Positions 28,001 through 41,900 of a DNA stretch of 64,000 bases are shown here, in pieces. Numbering within the stretch: the stretch's first letter is position 1; every line of letters begins with the position of its first letter. The position numbers and the translations under genes are program-made. The notes under the pieces are model-generated. The model did not search any database. It was not told the DNA's origin and saw only the letters and a list, made by a program, of their open reading frames with translations. Source of the DNA: Trichoplax adhaerens (taxonomy: Eukaryota; Animalia; Placozoa); contig NW_002060943.1 of the NCBI RefSeq assembly GCF_000150275.1, forward strand, positions 2,570,462 to 2,634,461, in the 5' to 3' direction.

Positions 28001-30825
28001 AATATAAGAAAAATGTCAGGTGATAGAATACCGTTCAGCATTGGCATGATAGCAATGAACAAAGTGGGGTGAAAAATGTTCGATAGCGTGGACGAGTTTG
28101 AAGGTATTATTAATAAAAAAAAAACTGCCCTAGCAAGAAAAGAAAGAGTAGACTAATAAGAAGAACATTTCAACTGAATGCGTTCTATTTTGTAACAGGA
28201 GAGAACTAGTGCAAAAAGTTTTCAATGCGGTTAGAGTATGTATGGACCGGCTTTAAATATGGCTAGCAGCTGTACATCTTTATGCCCAATTTGACCATTA
28301 AGAGCGATTTTATTCTTTTACTGTGCCATATCATGAAGATGGAAATGACACGGATCATTCTAGTGCAATCAGTAACGACTCGATGATGATGATCGTATTG
28401 GCTAAGAGTGGACACTTGGATGGGAATAGATCGGAATATCATTTTTGGTGGGGGTATCTTTCATTAAAGTTGGCAAACTTGCAATGTTCCAAGTCAGTGC
28501 AAGACAGTATTACCGATGTGCTTTTTTGTGCTATTCAGAATATATATACACACAACACTAGAATGCCGTCTAGGTAGGCATGTGTAAGGGAGACGAATGA
28601 GAAATTTTCACATTTAATCGATTGGACGTAGGCGAATTGATTCTTTAATTACCAGCATCATTATCATCTTTGCCAATTTTATTTTAAATAAGGCTGGGCT
28701 AAACCAGTCCATGGATGCGTCTTGAATCGCCATCATCAAATCCATATTGGAAGTCAGAGATGAATGTAAAATATCGATGTTCATCTATTGAACTGATTGG
28801 GGGTTATCCGTTTGGGGATTATTATTCAATATAAGGCTGGACTAGATACGGATATAGTGATAGCTTTGAAATCCAACTGGCTTTAGAGTGTTTGTGATTC
28901 AGCATCAGTTGAAAGACGGCTAACAATCCAATACTACAACACGATTTAAGCATTTTTCACATCATCATCAAGGTGTTTTCCATGGGTTGAAAAAAACAGG
29001 AAAGAAAAAGAAATACGTACAGATGCCTATGTAGAAATCTGGATGATGATATCGTCGTATCGTTGAATAACGATGATTGGTTATCGATCAGCTTATACAT
29101 GATATCTTGGCTGTTGCCCAAAAGGGGTATTTGGCCTGCCCCAAAATAGAAATGATTCATTTTGAGCGACAGGCATTGATCGTTTATAAGGATGTCCTTT
29201 TAACACGAGCAAATGGAAGATAATATGAATCATCACGCATTAGGCTTAACGTCCAATTCATTGCATATTCATCAAGGCAAATGGAACAGAGCGATAGAAA
29301 AGGTTTGAAAAGTATGGACAGTATTTGCTAGGTGATCGGCAAAAAGCAAATAACTCAGTGGAGAGACATTGACGCTGTTTTTTTAATTTTTTTCCGCCAT
29401 CTTGAATAGGGGGATACTTTGACATTAGTTAGTTACTGATTTCAAAGTTGGACGATGATCATTTTGCAGAGGGGGGCAGATGGACCATTTTTTTGCGCTT
29501 TATAAAAATGGAATGGCAATGATGTTTCGATTAATAAATTCATGAAGGCAGCGATATAACCCGACCATCGTTTCTCATGATACAGCTTAGAGATGGCTGT
29601 AGACCTTGCGAGCGCTTGCAAACTTTGTTATTGGAGTCCAATGATGGATTGCAATATCCATTGCATTGCATTGCATCGATGGAAGGGCATTTTCAATAGT
29701 ATTGATAGGGAAATCTTTGTCAACAGTCAAGTTATTGGAGTAGCCATTTGAAGACCAAGGTGAAATCATCATGCTCTGTTAGGGTATATCGCTTGTAATC
29801 AAGCAAACTACAGCAACAAAGTGATAACACCATTCAGTGGCTAATTTTCTATATTAACTGAACTGGTATTTCCTCATTCTTCTATTAGAATGATTGAAGA
29901 CGATTGAGAATCTACGGTAAATCATCATCTAATCTGTGTGGCACAATTCAAAAGAATTGTCGTTCGATATTGCATTTTATTTTCAAACTAGGGGATGGAA
30001 AGGGCATTTATCTTGTGGTCGATAGGATGCAATGGCGTCGGTCGGATTAACCATGAAGAAAGGAATGGCAGGGACTACTTTTGAGGGGGGGGGGAAAAGA
30101 GAAACGTTGAGGAAAAGACATCAACTTGCAATGGATAAAGGAGTTGGATGGGAGATGAAAGTAGTCTATGAGGAAGATGATGGTTGCAATGGCTAATACA
30201 GTTCAGAAATGGAATTCTAAAAAGCGAAACGATGGCCGATGAAGCATTGGCTGCAGCCATGGTTGGTGGTGATAGAAAGTCAGGGATCGATACGCAAACA
30301 GTAGGTTGAACTGGATACGATCGTATTATGGCTAGCATGGATGGATAACAATCGTTATCAACAAGACTGAGAGGGATATTTAGGAATGATCTCGGCGATT
30401 GCTTTATCGAGTAGAGTAGTCCATGTCGAAAGGATCGGCAAGCAAGGAAGAGAGTAATATTGAAAATGAGGTTTACTAACGATTCTATTGCGGCAAAGTA
30501 CAGTATAGAGTTTGCTACAAGGTATTGGGAAAATCAATCCATATTGAAGATGGTATTGATTGGATCGCGGCGAAGGTAAAGGGGGGGGGGGAAAAAAAAA
30601 AATCTTGTACACTACTGTACGAGGTTGGTAAAAGGACAATTCAAACAACATGTGCCATAGTCAAGGGTTATTTTGGTGGCTCAAGTATGCAAGCAATGTT
30701 GACTTGGATAAAAGATCAAGTCTGTCTACTTACTCCATTGCTGGTAGCAAATAGGATTCTTTCAATTGAGTGAAATGTTCGGCTAAATTAGCGGTCGCTT
30801 CGACAACAAATACAACATCCGCCAT
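22050..30825 (-). CDS. MED25: Mediator subunit 25 (VWA domain, Pro/Thr-rich linker, ACID/PTOV domain, Gln-rich tail)
   Basis: First coding exon 30825-30734 reads MADVVFVVEATANLAEHFTQLKESYLLPAM. Later exons give QYGLIAF...QWLDSLRFNGGGVEEYSAIEDGLGVALQ, CILVCNSSP, LSVISPRRISALCKLYDK, HHLVLLKG, the ACID-like WPRQLILRFVP and LLILTYNPKKNFTGYIPRDQ, and poly-Q last exons. Some internal boundaries are approximate. Confidence 0.9.
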
Positions 30826-31491
30826 TGCAAGTAGTAATGTGTTACCACTTGCAAGTCAATATGTGATGATGATCGTATCCAAGGCCAATAGAATGGTCTC
30901 CAACCTAGATGAAAGAAAAGAATGATGATGATGACTATTTCTCTGCTATCCATCGATCTTGACTCATTGTATTCTATCCATGGATGATGGATCATTTCAA
31001 TCCTTTCTCCACTTCTTTCCCGTGGTCATCTTACCCGATTGCTTCCAGCCTGCTGACGCTTGCGACGTGTTGCTTTCCACTAGTGGATAATGTCAGCCAA
31101 TAGCACAGTCGTTGTTGAAGAAGAAGGAGATAACCGATGAAAATCAGCACGATTGCAAAGTTGAAGATGGATTGCTGCTATTCCACTTTAGCTTGAGCAT
31201 CGACGACTTGCTGCTGATCAATGTTCCACTTACCTCCCAACCACGACTATACAGACTGAGGGGGGGGGGCTGCCGGGGCCTCGACACGTACGTCATCAAC
31301 GCAGTTGACGCTCAGTAATAGACAAACAGTGGTATGACGACAAGGAACGTTCGATCGCGGCCTAGTGATCACTCGCCTGGAGGATGACTTGATCAGGTAG
31401 TTCGTCCTGCAAGGGTTGGCGTTGCAGGCTTGAGGTCAGGTGTGCGTCGCTTTCAGCCGCCGACGGTCGATACTTTCCGCAGGATGTCGTG

Positions 31492-32340
31492 ACCTACAGT
31501 ACTGTACACTGTACAGTCTACAGTCTATGGTCTACAGTACTGTTCCAACTGGATGTTGTGTCATACAGTACAGTACTGTACTGTACTGTACAGTCTACAG
31601 TCTACACTCTACAGTATAGTACTGTTCGAACTGGATGTTGTGCCATACTGTACTGTGCACTGTGCAGTACAGTATAGCCTACTGTACAGTCTACAGTCTA
31701 CAGTCTACCCTTCAAACTGGATGTTATGCCATACTGTACTGTACTGTCTACAGTCTACAGTCTACACTCTACGGTACTGTTCGAGCTGGACTGGACTCAC
31801 TTGTGTCTGGATTAACCTGTTCGAGAAGGACTGTACAGTACAGTGTATTGTACAGTGGAGACAGTTGTGACTGGATTCACCTGTACTGTATCAACTCGTC
31901 AACACTCACTTTTGCCCATAGCCTTTGTCCAGCTCGCCATAAACTAGTCGGCAACCACAGACTGTACTGTACTGTATACTGTACAGTATAGTAGTCTCAA
32001 TAGGTAGTAAAATATACTGTATATAATTACAACATGCCGGAGACGACTGTACACTATAGTATTAGTACTGTCCTGTCTACAGTGTACAGTGTACAATACA
32101 GTGTACTGTACCATTTTTCGACAGTACATCGTACTGTAAGGTACAGTACCATACAGTACATTGTACAGTACTGTACAGGACGTCCATTGGACTTCACTAG
32201 ACTGTGCTATGTCTCGATCAATTATCAATTTCTATACTGTACAACTAAGAGAGTTGATCCATTACACTTTTGCCCCTATCGACACATACAGTACATACAC
32301 TGTAAAATGAAGCCCCTTGACCTGCTGTACTGTACCGCAC
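31492..32340. repeat. TACAG/CTGTA simple-sequence island between divergent MED25 and HEAT genes
   Basis: Dense GTACAGTACTGTAC and (CTACAGT)n, interrupted by a repeated AACTGGATGTTGTGCCATAC core. Confidence 0.9.
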
Positions 32341-33271
32341 AATGGACACGATTGTTATTGTCCTACAAGCCGGCGGCATCAGCTCGCTGCTCAAACACTC
32401 CATCGAGTGTAGCCTGAGCCAGTCAAGATAGCAAACGTTGCTGACTCAGCAACCAGCTTCTACTAGGTGGACGGTACTCTGCAACTTTGCATTGTCAGCA
32501 GGAAACTTGGAATGGCTCCTATTCAAGATTGATTTGATATTTTGGATAGCTTCTACTCGTAGACAGTTGGCATTGAGCTCTATTGCAGTTAGCATTACTT
32601 GGCTATCGAGAATACCTGAACTGTAGCATCGAACTGGATTCAATCGACAAGCAAATCTGTCAATTCAACACGCTGTACAACATTGCACAAGTCCATCATC
32701 AAACTTTGTTGGTAAGCAACCACTAGATTACAATAATCATCATACGTAACCAGCTCAATGGAGCCTTGCTTTCCCTAAAGCATGTTACCAGTTTACAATA
32801 GATTAAGATGCATTTCATCAGATCATTTCATATTTGTGTTGATGTACCCAGTGGATGATAGTATAAACAACAAATTGTCCAAGGCACAGTACTAGTCCAA
32901 CGAGATTGAATGCAATCGTTCGGACAATGGACTGCAACTTGTTATTCTACTGTCATCAATTTGGATGCCTACTGTCCATGATGTGTTCATTATGAATAAA
33001 TCATGCCTTGCCGAAATAGCCATCGTCAAGTCTTCATTACTGTACAATATTCTACTCGATGAAATGTTGTTGTTGACCACAGCATCAATAGTGTTTCATC
33101 GACGGCATACTACTATTAGACAGCACTGTACAGTACAGTATTGGTAGTCGGATAATATTCAATCGATGAGCTTAGTCCTTCTCATCGTAGAGAACGACGA
33201 TAACGATTCATAATTTCTTCATCATTTCATTATCTTCAAAGATAAATTCAAGTTGATCATTCTGAAATAAA

Positions 33272-36200
33272 ATGGATCCCAATCGTGATCAGTGGTGTAC
33301 CTTACTCAGTAGTCACAACAAGCTTGATCGTGATAAAGGATTAAGCCAATTGACCGATCAAATTAACCTTGGCCTCAATGACATCACCCATGTTGAAAAT
33401 AGCTTAATAACATTGATACAAGCGACAGACCGATGGGAATCATGTCAAGGTGGACTGCTAGCAAGTAAATTGCTACTTTTACATATACCGCAATGTAGTC
33501 AAGATTTCATTGGTCACCTTCAAGACTCTTGCACCCATTTACTTCAACATTCCGAAGCAAGAGTTCGATTTGCGGCAGGTACGATATAAAAATGATAATA
33601 TAGCATCAAAAATGAATTCCTTATTCACAGTCAATCCCTTCAATGGCTTACGCGGTTAATTATCCATGTGATGCCATTGAAATCGACTCGTACAGTTTGA
33701 AATGACACGCTTTATGAGATAACCATGGCATAGATAGACTTCCATGGACTTCAACAGGAGCACTATTGATGATGTAGAGACTATTCGAGATGACGTGAAC
33801 AATTTTCCATTTATAAATGACACCACTAAATTATTTCTTTTTGCATCATTTACAATAGGTGAGGTGGCAGGTGCACTTTGCAAACGTCTTGGCCATGTAG
33901 CTTATCAACACTTTCAACATGGAGTATTGCAATCCATTCGTGATAACATGGAACGTTCAATGGAACTTTTAGACGCCTTAGCCATGCAACAACTCAAGGA
34001 TAAAATGCTGCCAAAATCTCCTGATAAAGATACCAAAAATGAAGTACGTCTACCATTGCTTAACGGATGCGCACGATAAAAATACACTTTAAATTGTAAA
34101 TGACATAACATACTCTCTCTTTTTTATGTACGCATCTATTTGTGTAAACCAATATCCAGCCGCAATCAAAGGATGATAATCTTATCTCCAAAATATTACA
34201 CGATACCGCTGGTTGGCAATCATTAGAAACAGGCATGCAGTAAGTGTTACTAATTTTTATTCGTTATTTATTTGTGTTGTTAACAAAATCAAACGCCTTA
34301 AAGAATAGCAAAAAGGTCAAGTTATTTCTAACCAACACATGCATCGTTTCATTTTGATATGAACTTATCGGCATCGTTCATTTTCTTTAATTGTATACAT
34401 TTTGACGTTCTATAGATTACGCTCCCTGTAAATTATACATTGCTTAAGAATTTAATACTGACATCAGTAACATGGTTATTTTATCTGTGAATATCATGGA
34501 CCACAGGTTACAAATAATTTGCATAGACACAATAGAATAATCTTATTCTCCATGTATTCCTCATCAAGGTGTTTAGAATGCATGATTGATGGTTGTGGTA
34601 AGAAATTTCATCCGTACATAAATAATGAACTCTTGGAATTACTATTTGAAACAACAAAACATACTAACCGATGTGTAAGGGAAATTGGATTTCGAACACT
34701 CGGGGTACTCATCAAAAGTGAATTAGGATCAAACGGTACATGTCAATCTAATTGTGTATGAAATATCATCTTGCATATACAGTAATCGTAGTTGATCAAT
34801 TCTTCTAACTATCAACCTAACGGCAATGTAATAGAGAAAGGTACACTGCAACCCGGCTATAAAGAAACAAAATGTTGGGAAAAAGGTACGCAATTTGTCG
34901 ACGTTTTGGTCGCTGGACTATCCGATAATTGGAGCCAGGTATGACGTTATGACATATGTATATGAAGACAAAATTACATTCTACCTACCAAAGTAATTTT
35001 TTTATTTAGCAAGTTGTTTTTGATTTTTTATTAAAATCTATGCCTATTATTCTATCAATCAGGTACGATTGGCAGCTTCTATTGCCACTCGCCAAATGCT
35101 TACTATCCTTACGGATGTTGATGCTAGTAAACGTTATTTTCCCAGCATTCTACCACCAATGTGCTTGAATAGGTATCCGCAACAATAGTATAGTCGACTT
35201 ATCTAGAAAAATGAACAATTTAACTAAAGATTGCTCGAATATGGATATGAATCTGATCATTACCAACTTACGATGATAAATTGTACATGACGTGATTGCC
35301 AAAAATTATCACTATTTACCTTGTAGATACTATATCGCTGAAGGTGTACGAAATTATTCACAAGAAAATTGGCGATTAACTGTAGGACCTGATGGGCGAA
35401 ATTTGGTAGAATCGTACGTAGCGGACTTTGTAAGTATGCTATAACATTGATGCAACCCAATCAATTTCAACAACTATGAATTACAGTATATATATATACT
35501 AATAAGGTGATTATGAATGCATTTAATTATGGCTAGATTAATAAATAACAATTATAACAACCTCTTCTAGGTAAAGTTTTATGTGCAGCAAACCAATGCT
35601 GACAATCATGCTGTTCGTGAAGCTGCTTGTGTTTGTATAGCGGAACTTGGTCAAAAAGTAAGTCAAAACATTAGTCAACCCAGCTACAGGAAATAAATCA
35701 CTTTAGAAATTGGAAATTATGCTGTTTTATTTATGCCGTATATATTCGTACAGTATGTAAATATACTCCGTTCAGTTAAGTAAGTTACTATTCGAGATCA
35801 TAGTTAATATAAAGAATGTAGTATAACGATGAAACTGATTAATTTAATCTAGATTTCTCCCGAATGTCTACATCCATTCGTGCAACAATTGATTGCTACT
35901 CTCCTGGTATGTTTCAAAGATCAAAGTTGGCCAGTTAGAGATGGTAAGTTTTCGTTGATGACTCCAACAGCTATAGATGTATTGCATTTTTGAAACTTTT
36001 AAATATCGATTATTTTTGCTCATGTTAATGTTTACTGTTTTCAGCTGCATGTTTAGCTTGTGGAAATTTTATAAGCTGCTTTCCGGAACCTTGCCGGTTT
36101 ACCAACTCATCCTTTTTATGTAATAATTTGATTTCATTCCACAATCTTAACCAATTATCATTTTTTATTACCACTCTTCGTAGACCTTCCCTGAGTGAAC

Positions 36201-37481
36201 TTCATGATTTATTTGTTAAGAACTTATCGGACAGTATACAGTCCGTTCGGCAAGGCGCTGCTATATCTTTAGCCAAAGTAGCAGAAGTATACGGTTAGTT
36301 AATAGTCATAAATGCCTAAATTTTGTTATCCACAAGATGATCGTAGCTGCTAATTTTTCCTATAATTATAAAATTTATTTAGGAAACGATGAATACATTG
36401 TTATTGAGAAAACAATTATCCAAGGCTTAGCTAAAATGAAGGATCAACCAGCTGATGCCAAAAGGTAATAACTATTTGCACTAAGTACGGTTAGTATTGC
36501 AAATTTGTGATACCATTATATATATATTAATTATCAGATACTCGTCAATGGATCCTAGCCCTGCTGTATACAGTGTTGCAAAAAGAATACGTGATAATGA
36601 AGCAGATTTACATACTAATCGCATGGTTTGCTATTTTATATATAAAATGTATTATGGTGAGACATATCCTATTAGCGTTCTAATTTGAGATCTCAAATTC
36701 GTTAACATTACAGACATATTCATGTGGCTCTCTTGCTCCTAAGCTGGGAAAAGGTGATACTGAGAACGAAATGTCAAAATTTTACAAGCAACCTGAGCCT
36801 TGGGAACTAGCAGATGGGTTAGTACTCTTTAGCTTTAATATTCGTATTATTAGCCTTTGCTAGCATTTTAGTTTATAGCTATTTTTAAAAAAATATTTTT
36901 TTTGCATAGCTGTGTTCACCTTATAGCTGAATTAAGCAGAGTGTCTACCTTCCACACGAACATAAGCAAGTTGTTACCCGCGATTGCTGAAGCTGGTAGA
37001 TACAAACAGTATTCTCAGCACGTATTTTTCTACGAAACCATTTGTAAACAGGTAAGAAATTACGCTTAATAAATTTCCATGTACAAGCTATACCTAGCTA
37101 AAACAATTTCATACGCAGATATTACAATGACAGTTTTTATCGCTATAGCTACCTATCATTGCTGAAAAGTTAGGAAAGCGTGTTTTTAAGCCTTACTGGA
37201 TGAATTTCATGGACATTGTGTTTGAGAGCTTGGTAAACATAATATAGCCGTGTCTAAATGATATCAGTTAGGCATCATTTCTTGTAACTAATTTTAATAT
37301 ATCGCAAAATATGATTCTTTATTTACTGCAGTCTTCGGAATGCTCGTTGACGTCTCACGCCGCTCGTGAATGTTTACAATTTTTTAGCAAGAATTTTGGC
37401 CCTAAAATATTGCGCGGGCGTGTTGAGGAATTTAATCCAAATTACGTGTCCCTTCTTGATAGTGTTATACGTGTGGCATAA
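33272..37481 (+). CDS. Multi-exon HEAT/ARM-repeat protein, specific identity not recognised
   Basis: In-phase GT-AG exons encode HEAT-like units: SEARVRFAAGEVAGAL, LSDNWSQVRLAAS, ADNHAVREAACVCIAELG, FKDQSWPVRDAACLACG, LSDSIQSVRQGAA. Also HDTAGWQSLET and MCLNRYYIAEGVR. Ends GPKILRGRVEE...VA*. Confidence 0.85.
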
Positions 37482-38965
37482 ATTAATATGTTTTGTCAAC
37501 TTAATGTTTGTTAACAATAATTCTCAAAATTTTGCAGAATTTCCATTTAGTTTAGGCTAACAAGATCCCTTTATGTTACCTTACTTGTTCTGTTCTATTT
37601 CTTTTAAATAATTTTATTGTATAAGCTATTTTACCTTCTAGAAATAAAGAGCTTACGCTGTAGTATAAATTACTTCATTCACATAGTATTAGCGCTGAAA
37701 CAGTACGATAGTATCCTTATTGAACCCTTAGCTGCTTAAAGGTTGTCGTTATACTGGTATTGCAAATAACATTTCATAATTTCCTAAACATAGGGGATTA
37801 AATAGTAACTTCTTTTATCTGCAATTTTCTACACCAAAATAACCAGTACAAAAGATGTCTAGTATTGACTAGATAAATTATCAGATTGTCTGAATAAATG
37901 TTATGAAGAACTAATCCTGATCGGTGTCTCCTTGCATGGGAATGACAATGTTATGTGGAAATCATATGCAGTAATTAAGATATAGAAACAGATTGTACTG
38001 TACGAGTATTAAACAATTTCTTATTTTTTTCGTCATTGAACTAGCGCAGACGTGCAGGACAGCATGCTTGAATATTAGTATTTGATCAGTTGTAATTATA
38101 ACCCGTCAGATTAAGTGATGTACCAACGCATTATCTCCGAATAGAAACGCGCTATGTAGTATGATCCGACGTAAGTCTGCTTAACAGTATCCATACGAAA
38201 GTAAAATATTAATGCCTTGGATTGTGTATGATATATGGAATGGTGCAAATTGTACATGAGTTGCTGTAGAAAAATTACCGAAACTTATATATAATACATG
38301 CGGCATTTATCACGTCATGACGTTTTGTAAAAATGAATCCAAGTACACTATAGAACTTATAAAAGTGACTTTTTAATACAAGAATTAATTATTACTTAAT
38401 TTAATTTCATTGAATAAATTAAATAGTAAATTATAGCATATATTTATAGTGAACTCGTATACCACATAGAATGTATATGTACTTCGAATAAACGTAAGTA
38501 CAACATTATTATATTAACGGAGATATGGTATCGTAGTTCCTCTTATTAGCTTTTACAAATATTTAATTTACACGATACTACATTTTATAGATTTTCCATA
38601 ATATATCACGTAGTGGCACATAGAATTTATATACGTTAATATGTAAAATATATATTTATCACTGGTTCCATGCGGGAGGTACTCTTTCATCTCAAAGTAA
38701 TAGATCTTAATTAATGTACATTTTATATAGATATATGTATTCATTTTATATAAAGGTCAAAAATACTTCATAAGCAAGGTCTATAGAAAAATTAAGTCGT
38801 TTATGCATACTTCTAGACATACATTGTAAATCACCATCACATGTAGTTATGAAACTGGAAATCGGATTGTAATAAGTAAGAATATAGTACCGAATTATGT
38901 AAAGTCAACTTATTAAATATACTCCATGTTGTAGTTGCAATAAACAAGTGTGAGTTTTACGTACT

Positions 38966-41900
38966 TCACAAGATACAACAGTTGCCATCCTATAAATACG
39001 AAAAGACGCAGCAATATTAGCCTACCCTTTGTATTGTTGAATTATAGAAACATCAAGAATAGCAATTTCTAAAAGCAATTGATGGCATTAAAGTAGTGCT
39101 GTACAAAGAATATTTCTTAAAAATCTTACGCTTCGTTTTCCTGTAGATTGACTTTGTCCAGGGCGAGATTGAGATGACGCCTGCACTGTCGGATTTTCAG
39201 CTCGCATTTGACCCCGTGAAGATGTATTTGCTCCAGCTGGAGGCATTTCCGTCATGGGATTACTTTGTAAAGCGCTGCGTTTTGAGGTCGTTTCAGTATG
39301 ATGATATTCATCAAATTGAAGTCGCCATGCTAATGCCTCACTTTATCAATGGAAAAAAGTCAAGTCTTACTTTAATGTATACTTTTACCGGACAGTCATG
39401 CATGATGAACTTATTATCATTCATATGCTAACAATCAATAAATAGAACATACCTGCTTAACTCATCTCCTTGACACACTGTATCAGTAGTGGTAAAATCT
39501 TGCGTAGGAACATCCTCAGGTAATGCATTAGGCACAACGGTTGAATCATTATGTGGCACTGATTCACTTATTCCAGTAGTTTGTCCATCAAGTTCCTTCT
39601 GCTCTTGTAAAGCGATCATATGACTGTAAATGCAGATAATCGACAACGCATATTAGGATCATGGAAAAAATTGTTGCAGGCAGCATAACACGGTAATTGA
39701 TAATTTAGTGCAAAGAATTTTAAGATATTTTGGACTTACTCTAACTTCTCTTGTGATACTCGATCATTATTCGGATCATACTGGATAGATAAATTTGTTG
39801 ATCCATTATTTATATCTGACTCTATGAGCCGTTGTTCATCTACTGGTGCTGCCTGGTTTACATCAAAGTTTTCCGTTCGACCCTGAGAGCTAACAGTTTT
39901 AAATTCGTGATTGACAAGTGATGAATCTCCTTCTATATTGGATAGTGTTTCCCAAACAATTTCTTTTTCGGTGGAATAGCCAATATCAGTAACGAGAATG
40001 AATAATTCATCCTAAGGACGTAGCATATACGTAATAAAATAATGTCATTGTTGGATAAAGATAGTCAAATGAAGTTATTTGATAGGATATCGCAAAGATA
40101 TATCAGTTGTTTTCAGAATTTAGAATACGTGATAATTTTACCTTATGCTTATATAGAGTACTGTAATGATTATTTCGGAATAATACACACAACTGTTCAG
40201 GTTTTAATTCTTCGTATAACGTATAGAGACCATGATAAGTCAATTGAGAGGCAGTGCTGTTGAGGAATTGTTCCGCAATTAAACCTAAAATTTATTAAAG
40301 TAAAATAGCTTAGAGTGTAAAACTGAAGCAACTTGATGGACGCATTCAATTGTATCCGCCGATAATGTGGGTCAGCACCAATTCTAAATTTAGATACCTT
40401 CCGTTATTCGGCTACTATCATTGCTAGACTTTGAAGATATAATCATTTCGACTAGCTCGTTATAGCTACGATTTCCGATAATAGATTTTTCTTCCTGATT
40501 CTGTGGATCGACTAGCCATCCATGATAAAGGTTGATATCAAGTAAGTCAAAAACGATCAAATTGCACGTCCATTCAAACTGATTGATACTGCAGGATAAA
40601 AGTGCGACGTTAGTTATGTCAAGACTACATGTATTACCATGAAGATTTTATGCTAGTATTTAATATAATAAATTATAAAGTAGAACAATTACTTTAATAT
40701 ACTGTAGTATTTTTTGCTATCAACTATTTCTACGTCAAGCAATTTCTATTGAAACTATCACATGGTAATGGTATGAATTGGAAAATGAAGTTGTTGATGA
40801 TAAATGTAATCTATTTGCAAGGACTACTGAAACGTTTTGACTTTTATGTGTTAGTTTATTTCTCTTTTTGGATATCATGATTTATTACTTACAAGTATAT
40901 TAGGTGTAGTGTAGGTTTTTTATACCGTAGTATAATTTTAATGCAACAAAATACTACTAATTAATTATTCCATTCGATGGATTTGTATCAGTGTTAGTTT
41001 TATATTTCATCGGAGAACTATATTGTAGCTACAATCGTTTTCTAGTGTAGCTTATTTTAGGAGACTAGTAAGTTAACTCAGAATTTCTTCACTATTGCTA
41101 TCTCAGTGGCAATCAGTTGTTTTTTCATCGCATTAATTAGGACGGATACATAGGGCCGAAAAAGTACGATTGATATTTAGTTGATTATTGGAATATTTGT
41201 GTACTAATCGATACAGTTTTCCAAGTGCTGTATAATGTGATATACTATTTTGAAAGATAGCGGATAGACTAATCATACAATAAATTACAATAGTGTCGGC
41301 TTTAAGACAGGAAATTAGAATAGTAAATTGCTGACAATAAATTATCCTGATCATTTTTTGCGTTGCCTACTTGCTGGTCACTATTTCTGCTGTAAATATT
41401 TTGGGATTCGTAGACTTGATAACGCGTTCGATGCTGATAGAAATACGAAATGAACTAAAATCTATTTTACAAGATGACCTGTTAGCTAGTCGAAGAATTA
41501 GTTAGGCAACACTAGTACTTATATAGACTGAGATGGTCCATTACATCAATTTTATCGTAAAGAATAGCTCAATGAGATGAAGTGATCCTTTGCGACAGAA
41601 ATGGATTCTGAAAGTTTAAGAATCTATATCTCCGATATGATTATCGATTGAGATGAGTAGATATTTCTAATGGAGGCGAAATGATTAGGGTAAAATAAAT
41701 TGAATTATTACTACATTTGAAATATACCGATTTCAAAATATTGGTTTATAAACTTTCATGTAGCTTATTGAAAATTTCTCTGTCTTGAATGACTTACCCT
41801 CCAAATTTGACGTTAATATCGACACCAGTTTCTAATACACTAAGTGATGATATAGCATCGTTGACATTTTGATCGTAATCAAGGCTGTTTTCAAATGCCT

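Noticed and set aside
31910-31940. Minus-strand ATG exon (MASWTKAMGK plus GTGAGT donor) as the MED25 start
   Set aside because: An in-frame stop lies just upstream of the conserved MADVVFV start at 30825, so this is at most a 5' UTR exon or uORF.
31489-32417. Overlapping ORFs rich in YSTV/LQST
   Set aside because: Artefacts of stop-poor simple repeats. The same applies to the ORFs at 45848-47898 and 63436-63759.
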